A stretch of 64,000 nt of DNA, taken from NCBI GenBank assembly GCA_965277715.1, contig OZ255836.1, positions 544,001-608,000 on the forward strand. Direction: 5' to 3'. Origin of the DNA: Gammaproteobacteria bacterium. GTDB taxonomy: Bacteria > Pseudomonadota > Gammaproteobacteria > JBCCGL01. Shown here one piece after another: positions 10,448-19,877 of this stretch; the stretch's first letter is position 1; every line of letters starts with the position of its first letter. The notes beneath the pieces are model-generated. The model saw only the letters and a list, made by a program, of their open reading frames with translations, did not search any database and was not told the DNA's origin. Made by a program: the position numbers and the translations under genes.

Positions 10448-11320
10448 TTACTTATTGTATCTTTTCAATATTTTTTCGTATTTTCCGCTTGCTCTCAAGT
10501 TGTTTAGCGCCGTTTGAAATTCCTTTACACGCTCATCAGAAACCGCTTTATTAAAGGCAAAATACCTACCGACAATATCCAGCGTATAAACCGATTGATA
10601 GTCATCGATGTTGTGCCCCCGGCTAGCTATCATCGCAAAGCCAGCCGACTCTGAAATGGCAACAAGGTCTATTCTGTCATTGCTGAGCTTGTCGATATCA
10701 GTATGGGGCAATGTGCTACTTTCAATATGATATTCACTCACCCCTCTTTCCTTTAGAATTTCAATTTCCGCTGATTTAGCCAGCGCGCCAATTTTATAGT
10801 GTCTAATATCGTTGATATTATCGATTTTTATATTGCTTGATTTTTTCCCGATTAACACATAGGAATCCGAGGCGATTGGGCCTACCCATTTAAACAAATT
10901 TTCCCTTGATTCTGTTCTGGCGACGGTAAATAACAGGGTATTGTTGGTGAATTTGGTGATCTCATAGGCGGCAGCCCAGTCCAGAAACTGAATACGTTTA
11001 ACCTCAAATTCCACATTCATTTCATCGAACATGGCTTTTAACAGATCGACGGAGATGCCTTTAATGTCCAATCCATCCAGATAACTATAAGGTGGGTATA
11101 CTTCTGTAAAAATCGAAAGTTGATCACTTTCCACAGAGACGTCTTCTGTGATGGCGTTTTCAATAAACCGGTTCCCGACAACGGACAGGTCAATGCCGAC
11201 AAATTTAAAAACAAGAAATACAAGCAACAGACTTCCCAACAGAGAAAGCAGCCATTTAGGTACAAAATTGATCAGGTAACTAACATCAAAACTCTGTTTT
11301 TTCGATTTATCCTCTTTCAT
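10448..11320 (-). CDS. Orphan SBP_bac_3-type substrate-binding protein, tandem paralog of 9241-10125
   Basis: Same motifs and near-identical N-terminus 'LINFVPKW.L.LLGSLLLVFLVFKF.G.DLSVVGNR'. Confidence 0.8.
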   Translation of the reverse strand: MKEDKSKKQSFDVSYLINFVPKWLLSLLGSLLLVFLVFKFVGIDLSVVGNRFIENAITEDVSVESDQLSIFTEVYPPYSYLDGLDIKGISVDLLKAMFDEMNVEFEVKRIQFLDWAAAYEITKFTNNTLLFTVARTESRENLFKWVGPIASDSYVLIGKKSSNIKIDNINDIRHYKIGALAKSAEIEILKERGVSEYHIESSTLPHTDIDKLSNDRIDLVAISESAGFAMIASRGHNIDDYQSVYTLDIVGRYFAFNKAVSDERVKEFQTALNNLRASGKYEKILKRYNK

Positions 11321-11392
11321 TCTTTACCTCTTTTTATGGAGATATGGCACTCACTATAGTGGCGTGAAAAACTTATCTTTAACCAATTATGG

Positions 11393-12547
11393 CTAAACCA
11401 GCGTCGGGCTTTTTGCCCCTGATAAACGCGTGTTTTTACGTTTGATTATTTCCTTGTATCTATCGGTTGATGCGTATGGCGTGTCTATATAATCAATTGA
11501 GATTATTCCAGGATTATCAACTCTATCGACGGCATCGGCGACGATTTTATGGTCAGACTCAGCCACGCTGCGAATACCGGGGTGGAGTGGTGGCTTATTT
11601 TTTTTACTGAAAACAGGCATATTTGTCTGTGTGATGGTAATGTCATCTTCATTCCGTTTAGGTTGATATGAAAAATCCTCAATATGTTGTGCCAGTGGCG
11701 CACCTCTGGACATATTGCCCCACTCTGTATGAACATTTGACCTGTAATCAAAGGCAATATCACGAAACCCTTCAGGGGAGCCGCCATTCACTAAAGCGGC
11801 CATATTTTTGTTCTGCTCGATTGAATCACCGATTGTTACGCTACCTAATTGCTCCATTGTGTTTGAAGAAATAAAACGGTGTTTATAATCCTCTATCGCC
11901 TGTTCAAAAAATTCATTGGCCTGTTGATCACCTTTAAACACAAATTTAAAGATATATAAATCACCCGCATCTTTTTGTGCGTGGGCGAGCAAAGCCCTGG
12001 TCTCTTTTACGGCATCGCCTCTTGCCTGTGATGGACCGTGAAAGAACCCCCAGCTTCCCTGTGCATTTTTTTTAATTCTGATGTCAAAATAACGTGCTCC
12101 GGCTTGGGCCTGTTCAACCAAATCCAGTTTTTGTGTTTTAAAAGCAGACGGCAATAATTCACCCAATGCCATCTTTCCCGCCAATCCGCGAGCTCTTTTC
12201 CTGCTGTACATATAAGTGCCGGAATCATGGGTACCCAACATGCTGATTTCAGATATTCTGGTTTCAGAGGGGAGTGATGCGACACGCGAATCAGCTTGCA
12301 TTTGATTTGTGCGTTCCAAGGCTATGCGTTTTTGGATCACAGGGTGATCTTTGTACATTTTATAAGCAGCCCTGCGAAGTTGTTCCGGGGCTAAATGTTC
12401 ATCTTCTTTTGTGCCTTCCAGGGCTGTGCGTTGTTGGATCACAGGGTGATCTTTGTACATTTGATAAGCAACCCTGCGAAGTTGTTCCGGGGTTAAATGC
12501 TCATCTTCTCTTATGGATTGCTGTTTTTTGTTGGTGTGTAGAGGCAT
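11393..12547 (-). CDS. PI-specific phospholipase C X-domain protein with duplicated N-terminal leader; putative effector
   Basis: 'MLGTHDSGT', 'Q..AGARYFDIR', 'FFHG' catalytic His motifs; 34-aa N-terminal unit repeated twice. Confidence 0.78.
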   Translation of the reverse strand: MPLHTNKKQQSIREDEHLTPEQLRRVAYQMYKDHPVIQQRTALEGTKEDEHLAPEQLRRAAYKMYKDHPVIQKRIALERTNQMQADSRVASLPSETRISEISMLGTHDSGTYMYSRKRARGLAGKMALGELLPSAFKTQKLDLVEQAQAGARYFDIRIKKNAQGSWGFFHGPSQARGDAVKETRALLAHAQKDAGDLYIFKFVFKGDQQANEFFEQAIEDYKHRFISSNTMEQLGSVTIGDSIEQNKNMAALVNGGSPEGFRDIAFDYRSNVHTEWGNMSRGAPLAQHIEDFSYQPKRNEDDITITQTNMPVFSKKNKPPLHPGIRSVAESDHKIVADAVDRVDNPGIISIDYIDTPYASTDRYKEIIKRKNTRLSGAKSPTLV

Positions 12548-12583
12548 GGTTCTCTCCGCTGATGGTTGTCTTTTGCCTGTATT

Positions 12584-14698
12584 TCAGGTGCTTTCCGGCT
12601 TTACTTCCTGGGTTCCTGTGGTTGACCAGTCGCCGATCAGGGTCTCGTCCAGGGTCTTTTCCGTTTTATGGTATTCCCGCCGGGTGGCATCGAGAATATC
12701 GCGCATGGTGATGGCCCGCCGGGCTGTCGCGGCGATAAAGGCGGCTTGCAGGGTAATGTTGCGGATGCTGCCGCCGGTCAGGGTTAAACGTGCCAGTTTG
12801 TGGTAGTCGATGCCATGGGTCGGCGCGTTGTCGGGAAACATCTGCTGCCACAGCCGTTGCCGTTGCACCTTGTCGGGAAAGGGAAACGGGATGATAAAAC
12901 GCAGCCGACGCAAAAAAGCATCATCCATCGCACTTCTGAGGTTGGTGGTGAGAATGGATAAACCGCTGTAGCTTTCCATGCGCTGGAGCAAGAAGCTAAT
13001 GCCCATATTGGCGTAGCGGTCACGGCTGTCCTGCACTTTGCTGCGTTTGCCAAACAGTGCATCGGCTTCATCAAACAGTAGGATGGCGCCGCTGTTTTCG
13101 GCGGCCTGAAAAATCTTGTCGAGTTTTTTTTCAGTTTCACCGATGTATTTATCCACCACACAGCTTAGGTCAATATGGTACAGATCCAACTGTAATTGAC
13201 TGGCAATAATGCGCGCCGCCAGGGTCTTACCAGTACCGCTGCCACCGGAAAATAGCGCGCTGATACCTAGTCCATAGGGCATCTTTTCGGCAAAACCCCA
13301 TTGCCTGTACACCTGCTGGCGCAGGCTTACTTGGGCGGTAATATCCTGCAAAATAGCCGTTTCGGTGTCCGCCAGGGTCAGATCCCCCCAGCCCAATGAC
13401 CCCGGCGAAATCACCCGGGCCAACCCATGCAGGTTTTGGCGACACTGTTCGCGGCTGTGTTGCCACAAGTTTTGGGCTAATGCACCCGGTAGGTCACCCG
13501 CGCTCTGGCGAGCATTATCGGCAATCGTGCGTATTTGTTGGCCGCTGAGATTAAATTGCATACTGAGTTGTTGCAGGGTGGTATTCAGTTGGTTTATAGG
13601 TTCGCTCGAAGGCTCACTGATGGATTGGTTGTTATCCAGATTCAGGCAGTGTTGCCAGAGTTGCACCTGCCCGCTTTGCGATAAGGGTGGCAGATACAGG
13701 TGCTGCACATGGGCCGTTGACAAGGTTATTGCCTGGTCTGCACTCAGTACACAATACGCGGGCAGGTCACATACCAGGCTGTCGAGCCAGTTGCGCAAAA
13801 GATATAAATCAGCCTCGGGTTCGGCGCCGTTTCCCGCTTGTAAGCGCTGACAGTCAATCAACAGCAGGCACTGGCGCGCCACTATTTCCCGCTCCAGTAA
13901 CCGTCGGTAGACAGCCAGTTCCTGCCCGTATAAGGGCAGGTTGCACAGGTCGAGTTCATATACCACACGCCTGTCCCGCTGTGCGGTCAGCGCCGCTACC
14001 TGCTGCCGGTCATCCCTGGCGGGTGTTACCAGTTGTGCAACGCTGTCAAAGGGGGTGCTGCCATGCTGCCAGATCCCATATAAACGCCCGGCACTGTGTT
14101 GGTAGCCTGGCAATAGCGGTGGCAATACCGGCACCCGCTTCAGGCAAGGCGCCAGCAAGGGTTCCATATAGGGTTCACCGACCAGGTAAAACAAGGCCCA
14201 TGGGGTGATGGTCAGGCTTTGTTTGACCAGGTTGGGGTGATCTTTCTGCACATCGATTAACTGGTAATAACGCAATGGTGATGTGGGCGCCAGGGCCGAC
14301 CAGTTGCCCTGAAAAACACGCAATGCCAGAGCCAGGCAAGGATACGGCTGTTGGCTGAACTGCGCACAAAGGGCGGATAGTTGCATATCCAGCTCCATAC
14401 CCGCGCAGAGCACCAGCAGTTGTCGCTCAAATACCGATAGATCGAACAGCTCGCACAGGTTGTCCAGCAGTATAGGGGTGTCGTCTGGCGACGGCGCATT
14501 ACCTGGTCCACTGTCGGTGGCAGCACTCACCACAGGATCAGTATCGCTTACTGTTGCAGGCCGATTGTCAGCCATCGCTTCGGTTGGTGGCTGTTGCGAT
14601 TGAAGCTGCCTCTGTAGCTGTTGTTTAAGCACAGCAACCTCGGCCAGCAAGTGTGGGTAGTTGTGCTGTAAGCGGTTTTCAGTTTGTGATGTGGACAT
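12584..14698 (-). CDS. AAA+ ATPase, Afp15/Pvc15-like (eCIS-associated); likely start MSTSQ at 14698
   Basis: N-terminal 'LFDLSVFERQLLVLCAGMELD...LAPTSPLRYYQLI'; C-terminal AAA 'LFSGGSGTGKT', 'DLSCVVDKYIGETEKKL', 'LLFDEADALFGKRSKVQDSRDRYAN', 'AFLRRL'. Confidence 0.85.
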   Translation of the reverse strand: MSTSQTENRLQHNYPHLLAEVAVLKQQLQRQLQSQQPPTEAMADNRPATVSDTDPVVSAATDSGPGNAPSPDDTPILLDNLCELFDLSVFERQLLVLCAGMELDMQLSALCAQFSQQPYPCLALALRVFQGNWSALAPTSPLRYYQLIDVQKDHPNLVKQSLTITPWALFYLVGEPYMEPLLAPCLKRVPVLPPLLPGYQHSAGRLYGIWQHGSTPFDSVAQLVTPARDDRQQVAALTAQRDRRVVYELDLCNLPLYGQELAVYRRLLEREIVARQCLLLIDCQRLQAGNGAEPEADLYLLRNWLDSLVCDLPAYCVLSADQAITLSTAHVQHLYLPPLSQSGQVQLWQHCLNLDNNQSISEPSSEPINQLNTTLQQLSMQFNLSGQQIRTIADNARQSAGDLPGALAQNLWQHSREQCRQNLHGLARVISPGSLGWGDLTLADTETAILQDITAQVSLRQQVYRQWGFAEKMPYGLGISALFSGGSGTGKTLAARIIASQLQLDLYHIDLSCVVDKYIGETEKKLDKIFQAAENSGAILLFDEADALFGKRSKVQDSRDRYANMGISFLLQRMESYSGLSILTTNLRSAMDDAFLRRLRFIIPFPFPDKVQRQRLWQQMFPDNAPTHGIDYHKLARLTLTGGSIRNITLQAAFIAATARRAITMRDILDATRREYHKTEKTLDETLIGDWSTTGTQEVKPEST

Positions 14699-14751
14699 AG
14701 AGCCGTTACCATGCCGTGGTCGCTTGCGGGCGAAAGGGGTATTGGGATGGA

Positions 14752-15459
14752 TTACCTTTTCACGGCATCTGTCAGGGGTGAACGTTTGCTGGGTTCCCAA
14801 TTTCTACCGTAGGTTTTTTTCGGTTTATAGGCATTCCATTGGGGATCATTAAAAATTATATCTTGAGGGATTTCACCACTCGGATCGTAGAACTTCACAT
14901 GGTTAATCACATCGTTCGTATCCTTGTGTCGATATAGCCAGCGCAACTCGCTGCTGGTTATGCTCGTGCCGTGTCCCATCTTCGAGGCGACAACATCAAT
15001 TTTCAAATCTTTTACGATGAAATGTACGGTCGCCGCAGATTTTACGTGGTGTTCCAGCCCCGCTTTACTGGTACGCCGCCAGGCATTCGTGCCCTTTTCA
15101 ACAGGATCAGTCGCTGAGTCAGGCCGGTCGGCTACATTATAGGTAGGGTGGTTACTCAAAAAATCTTTAAACCCGATTCCCCGCTGACTGTCCAGCAACT
15201 CCTTTTTTATGCTTTTATTGCTGGAATATTCGTTGGGAGAAGCGGGGTTCCAAACGGCATTGGTAATATCATTTTGAATGATAATGTTTTTTTTCGTTTT
15301 TTTGCGACCAGGCAGCCCGCAAAAATAGGCGCTAGTGACCAGCGCCTGTCTTTCAACACCGCGTTTTTTCAGTGTTTGTAATGCTTCGCTCCGTGGAGAA
15401 TCCAGGCCATAAATAATATCGCCATCAGTGAAATTATCTGCAAGTTTTTCGTAAGTCAT
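14752..15459 (-). CDS. Putative toxin/effector with 'TSKAGL..VHF..SITSSELRWLYR' domain (EspK/GogB C-terminal or MARTX DUF1-like)
   Basis: Motifs IYGL, WRRTSKAGLE, VHF, ITSSELRWLYRH; AT-rich; in effector cluster. Confidence 0.55.
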   Translation of the reverse strand: MTYEKLADNFTDGDIIYGLDSPRSEALQTLKKRGVERQALVTSAYFCGLPGRKKTKKNIIIQNDITNAVWNPASPNEYSSNKSIKKELLDSQRGIGFKDFLSNHPTYNVADRPDSATDPVEKGTNAWRRTSKAGLEHHVKSAATVHFIVKDLKIDVVASKMGHGTSITSSELRWLYRHKDTNDVINHVKFYDPSGEIPQDIIFNDPQWNAYKPKKTYGRNWEPSKRSPLTDAVKR

Positions 15460-15521
15460 CTAAACCCCCATTTATTAAGGAATGTCTGATTAAGTGATAG
15501 CCGGGCGGCATCAATGTTTAT

Positions 15522-16196
15522 TTAGGTTGGCCGCCCGGAGTTTGTGTAGCTGGCAGGTGGTTTTTTGCTCGACACATTCATACGATTATTGAGGACATCA
15601 ATAACAGTTGAGAGTGCCTGCTTGGCATCATAGATACCGGAGCTGGTCGGGGTCAGGGTGCCCGAGCTGGTGGTGCGATAATCATCTCCCTCACCACGTG
15701 ACATATTGTGTGCATCGTCTCCCGGATATAAATTTTGCACAGAGTCGTTGGAGAGTGTTTTTAATCCAGCGGTGATGTCTGTCAGGCTTTTCTTTCTGGG
15801 CAGGTTCCCAGCAGGTATGTGTCTGTCTAAAGAATCCTTGAATGCATCGAATTTTTTATTCTGTGCCTTAGTCTGCAAACCTGGGTCATACATAGAGTCG
15901 ATATAGTTATGCAAATTTTTATTGAGTTTTTTCCGTTGCGCTGCCGACTTCAGTGTTGGCGCTATTTTAAATGCTTCCAAAATCACCTGGCGCATGGATT
16001 TGTCCGATTCCCGGTGCGCTGCATGAAAATTGGCTTTGGCGTAAGACTGACCGCCTTTGCGTGCTTTGGTCACGCGACCTGTCATCACCTTGTCGTAACC
16101 AATGGCACTCGTGCTCGCCAGCGTTTCTCTTTTTGCTCGTGCGCTGGGTACTCCCTTTCTTTTGCGCACTTCTTTATCAAAATCGGTAAATTTCAT
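15522..16196 (-). CDS. Basic hypothetical protein, possible HNH-like nuclease toxin
   Basis: 'HAAHRESD' ... 'NLYPGDDAHNMSRG' resembles His-Me finger spacing; Lys/Arg rich. Confidence 0.45.
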   Translation of the reverse strand: MKFTDFDKEVRKRKGVPSARAKRETLASTSAIGYDKVMTGRVTKARKGGQSYAKANFHAAHRESDKSMRQVILEAFKIAPTLKSAAQRKKLNKNLHNYIDSMYDPGLQTKAQNKKFDAFKDSLDRHIPAGNLPRKKSLTDITAGLKTLSNDSVQNLYPGDDAHNMSRGEGDDYRTTSSGTLTPTSSGIYDAKQALSTVIDVLNNRMNVSSKKPPASYTNSGRPT

Positions 16197-16314
16197 AATA
16201 TCAGGATCTCTTCTTTGTTAAGCAATCAGGTAATTAAGGCAATTTGGAAACAAAGGTTCAAAGCCCTTTTGTATTTCGATGACGGACGGGAAAGCTATCA
16301 ACGGCCCTATTGAT

Positions 16315-17286
16315 TTACGCCACCAGCGGCACGGCAATCCTTGTATTGCTGTGTATATGACTAAACAGGGTGTGCATTTCATTCGCTGTTTGCTGACGAG
16401 TTTGTAAAGGACCACGACGGAAGAACAACTGATCATCGTGTGGTGCCTGCGCCGCTATATTCAGGCGCGTAAATCCCAGCTTTTGTAATCCCCGGTGCGA
16501 GGACAGGTTATCCCGATACGCTTGCGCATAGCAGCACTTCAAGTCCCAACAATGCCCGGCTGTATCCAGAAGCTGCGATACCGCAGCAGGTGCATATCCC
16601 TGCCCACGAAATTCTGCTCCCACCCAGTAATAGAAAAACCCCACACCTCTATGCAGCATCAGGCTGGTGACACCGATCATCCCCCATTCACGGTGTATGA
16701 TGGCAAACAATAATGCACCTCTCCGGGCATACTCATCGTCCACCCAGGTGTGCCACTGTGCATCAGCGTGGTATTCGGGAAGTTGGCACAGTTCGGTAAT
16801 CGCCGCATCGTGATATAACCAGCGAAAATCATCGATATGGTGGTGCCCCAGCAGTTCAATAGACAGTTCACCCGATGCCATCAAACCACGCCGATAACAA
16901 TCGTATTGCTGGCAAAACGACCACCAGGCTTGAAGGTCGCGATACAGCACCAGCGAATCCTGCTCGTGGGGATTGAGCAACAATGCCTGGCGACAGTTTG
17001 CCAGTGCCACAGTGGTATTGCCCCGGTGCCACTCGCACAGTGCCCGTCGATAGTATTGCCAATCCACGCGACTATCTGCTTGCTGTAACAGCGTCGCCAG
17101 GTAATCCAGCAACGGCCAATCAGACCAACAATGTGCCGCATGGCACAGGCTTTCGAGGGTCTCGATATCCAGTGCAGTCTTTTCGTCGCGGTGGACGATT
17201 TCCGCTCGCAATTGTGAAAGTACCCTCACGCGATCACTGGCGATCAACCGTTCGGGCTGATTCACTAATGCCTGAAGTGTCTCCAT
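16315..17286 (-). CDS. GNAT (RimJ/RimL-like) acetyltransferase with N-terminal TPR-like region
   Basis: 'YYWVGAEFRGQGYA', 'N.SSHRGLQKLGF'; TPR-like 'ALCEWHRGN...ALANCRQALLLNP'. Confidence 0.8.
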   Translation of the reverse strand: METLQALVNQPERLIASDRVRVLSQLRAEIVHRDEKTALDIETLESLCHAAHCWSDWPLLDYLATLLQQADSRVDWQYYRRALCEWHRGNTTVALANCRQALLLNPHEQDSLVLYRDLQAWWSFCQQYDCYRRGLMASGELSIELLGHHHIDDFRWLYHDAAITELCQLPEYHADAQWHTWVDDEYARRGALLFAIIHREWGMIGVTSLMLHRGVGFFYYWVGAEFRGQGYAPAAVSQLLDTAGHCWDLKCCYAQAYRDNLSSHRGLQKLGFTRLNIAAQAPHDDQLFFRRGPLQTRQQTANEMHTLFSHIHSNTRIAVPLVA

Positions 17287-17452
17287 CGGTTCGTAGTTCC
17301 CCTTATATCGAGATCGGTAAAAAAGTAGAAAAAGGGGGCATATATGACCCTTTCTGTTGCCTCGGACGGAACTTTAATCCGCTAGATTGATTGCCGATGG
17401 CGGTGTGCGACTTGATTCCTTGTCTTTTTTAGCAGCAATTTGCACGCTTACC

Positions 17453-18685
17453 CTAGAACAGTTTAAACGCATCGGTTTGCCATTTTTTTTCTTTTGGTTT
17501 TTCAATAACTTCACCGGGTTGTCCAGAAATCAAAAAATCCAGGAAGTTGGCTTTATGTAATAAGTTACCTTTTGGTTTAGCATATCCCTGCATTTTCTCC
17601 TTTCCATCTTTTGCATCTACTTTCAACCCAGTGTCAATGTATTCTTGCTTGGAAACGCCTACATGTCCTTCTAACTTACCTTTACCAACAGTTGCTCGCA
17701 CTGAAAGTTTAGGCAATTCCTTTCTTAATTCATCAGCAACCTTCACTACATACGCGCCATCCTGATAAGCACCGACATGACAGGCATAAATATCTAAGAC
17801 TGTTATTGCCTGCTTTCGGGCCTCTAATACAGGCGTGGCGGCAATTATCTCTTTAATATAATTCGGTAGATTTTTTGCTGTAAATCTTTTTCCTAAAGTG
17901 ATAGCTGCCGCTTGTTTATTTCTTGGTGTTTTCTTGCTTGCAATTTCCTGATAGCCACCACTTCCATGCGCAAGAATCACAATTCTCCCATTAAAGTTTT
18001 CCGCTTCATCCTCCGATAATTTAAGATCGTTTGGTGAACCATCCAGCTCTCTGGTTATTATTTTTGTTCTCTCCAGGTTTTTTATGTAATGCGGTATATC
18101 ACCTGCGGCGTGCAACAATAGTGCCTTTCCAGTGGTTGGCAAGTCAAGCGGCGGGATTATTTTTCCTTCAGCTTCTTCATTTATAACTTCAAAATACTGT
18201 TGATCTGCTTTTTCACTTTTTTCACCATCCATTATCTCTTTGTATTGTTCCGTCGGTTCCTCAAGGGCAGTATCTTTAAAATCATTTATTATACTTGCAT
18301 CATCCCACGCATCTTTATTTGAATCTGTTTTTAGATACGCGCCTATAGTTTCTTCGCTAATACTGATTTTTCTTTTTTGTTGATGTTCATTGTTTATTTG
18401 ATCAAACGTCAATTGCGTTTTATCAGGCGTTTTAAATTTATGCTGATGCGGCGGTAATTTCGATCCCATATCACCAGCTTCCTTGTCGCTATCTGTTGTA
18501 AAATATCCTTGCAACACATCACTATTAGTTTTACTCGGTATAATTTTTTGCTGTATTTGCGGTAAATCTTCTGGGCGATTGTCCAAAAACCCAGGGACTT
18601 GTGTCACTTTACTTCTATTCTGACTAACTGAATTTGTAACAGCTCTACTCTTATTCTCTTTTGATTTCTCTACTTGTGCATACAT
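17453..18685 (-). CDS. Putative effector: eCIS-type N-terminal leader plus His-Cys (C80/caspase-like) protease domain
   Basis: Leader MYAQVEKSKENKSRAVTNSVSQ...GFLDNRPE; C-terminal 'IVILAHGSGG...LDIYACHVG'. Confidence 0.6.
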   Translation of the reverse strand: MYAQVEKSKENKSRAVTNSVSQNRSKVTQVPGFLDNRPEDLPQIQQKIIPSKTNSDVLQGYFTTDSDKEAGDMGSKLPPHQHKFKTPDKTQLTFDQINNEHQQKRKISISEETIGAYLKTDSNKDAWDDASIINDFKDTALEEPTEQYKEIMDGEKSEKADQQYFEVINEEAEGKIIPPLDLPTTGKALLLHAAGDIPHYIKNLERTKIITRELDGSPNDLKLSEDEAENFNGRIVILAHGSGGYQEIASKKTPRNKQAAAITLGKRFTAKNLPNYIKEIIAATPVLEARKQAITVLDIYACHVGAYQDGAYVVKVADELRKELPKLSVRATVGKGKLEGHVGVSKQEYIDTGLKVDAKDGKEKMQGYAKPKGNLLHKANFLDFLISGQPGEVIEKPKEKKWQTDAFKLF

Positions 18686-18826
18686 ATCTCAAACCTTTTT
18701 AAATTGGATTTTTCGTTAGTCATAACAAGAAATAAGGGTCAAATATCATATCAACGTGTTTAATTCTTTGACGTTCCTGCCAAACCCGGCACCACCGCCC
18801 ATTAACTCCTTCCTGTTCGTCAAAGT

Positions 18827-19453
18827 CTATAACGGCGGCACAGGTGTGAGGGTGGTAAAAGTATCTGCCTCATCAAAGCGTGACCGGAGCAAGTGCGGAA
18901 CTGTTTCACCACTGGTATCAAATGCATCGGTGCCGACCCGCAGTGGTTGTTCCCAGGTGATGGCCCATAGCGCCAGGTTGCTGATGGGGTCTGTGGCGCC
19001 GTAAAGATCGGCCGCCCGCGCCAGTACCGCCGTGCCCAGGCGCCAGTCTTTGACATGGGGTTCAAAGTCTTTGGTCAGGCCGTGTACATCGGCACTCTCA
19101 ACAGCGGTTGCAGGGTGCGCGGTGGCCACCCCCCAGCGCTGGCCACTCAGGCTGATGTAATTCAACAGGCCGGTTAATAAGGTTTGTGCGGTCTGCTCGC
19201 GCGCGATGGCGTTACTGTCCACCACCAGCAGGTAGGCGACCATTTGCAGGGTAATATCGATCTGGCCGGTGGCAACCGGCACGGTGTCACCACTGCCAAC
19301 CGAGGCCACGAAGACACCGGGTGTATTGGCATGTACCACGGTGAGGTCGGTGCCCTCCAGGTAGCCGGGCAATGCCACGCAGGTGTTGAGAGTGGGGAAT
19401 TGGGTGTCGAGTTGGGTGACCACGGCGTTGATGAAGTCGTTGGTGTTGGACAT
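18827..19453 (-). CDS. Phage gp37-like tail completion/terminator protein
   Basis: 'QRWG...ALWAITWEQPLRVG' ending; position after the tail genes. Confidence 0.55.
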   Translation of the reverse strand: MSNTNDFINAVVTQLDTQFPTLNTCVALPGYLEGTDLTVVHANTPGVFVASVGSGDTVPVATGQIDITLQMVAYLLVVDSNAIAREQTAQTLLTGLLNYISLSGQRWGVATAHPATAVESADVHGLTKDFEPHVKDWRLGTAVLARAADLYGATDPISNLALWAITWEQPLRVGTDAFDTSGETVPHLLRSRFDEADTFTTLTPVPPL

Positions 19454-19622
19454 GGTTCATTCCAGGGGTTGGATTGTTGAACGATTAAGTTGTTGTATTG
19501 CTAAATTGTTATTGGATTTTGGTATAGCGGTTGGTGTTGAGGAAAGTATTATTTTGTACAATTTAATTTGTACAATTAATCACAACTTGTTACGCTTTGC
19601 GCACACTAAAAAGGTACTTCTC

Positions 19623-19877
19623 ATGCAGACTATCACCTTTTCTCAATTGCGGACTTGTGCGGCAGAGCTTAAGTCCGCACTTAAACGTGGCGAACACGTT
19701 AATTTAACCAGCCATGGCGAGGTAATCGCCACGATTGAACCCTTGCTTAAAGCCCCCGGCAACGAGGAAAAAAAAGCAGCGCTCGAGGCCTTTTTCCAGT
19801 TAGGCGAGGAGGTTTCACTGGATGATGCGCTAGCACGGATACAAGTTGGCAGAAAAGGGCGCGTTGATGCTGTTTGA
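19623..19877 (+). CDS. Phd/YefM family antitoxin (start MQTITFSQLR)
   Basis: 'ITFSQLR...GEHVNLTSHGEVIATIEP'; overlaps downstream PIN toxin. Confidence 0.82.
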   Translation: MQTITFSQLRTCAAELKSALKRGEHVNLTSHGEVIATIEPLLKAPGNEEKKAALEAFFQLGEEVSLDDALARIQVGRKGRVDAV

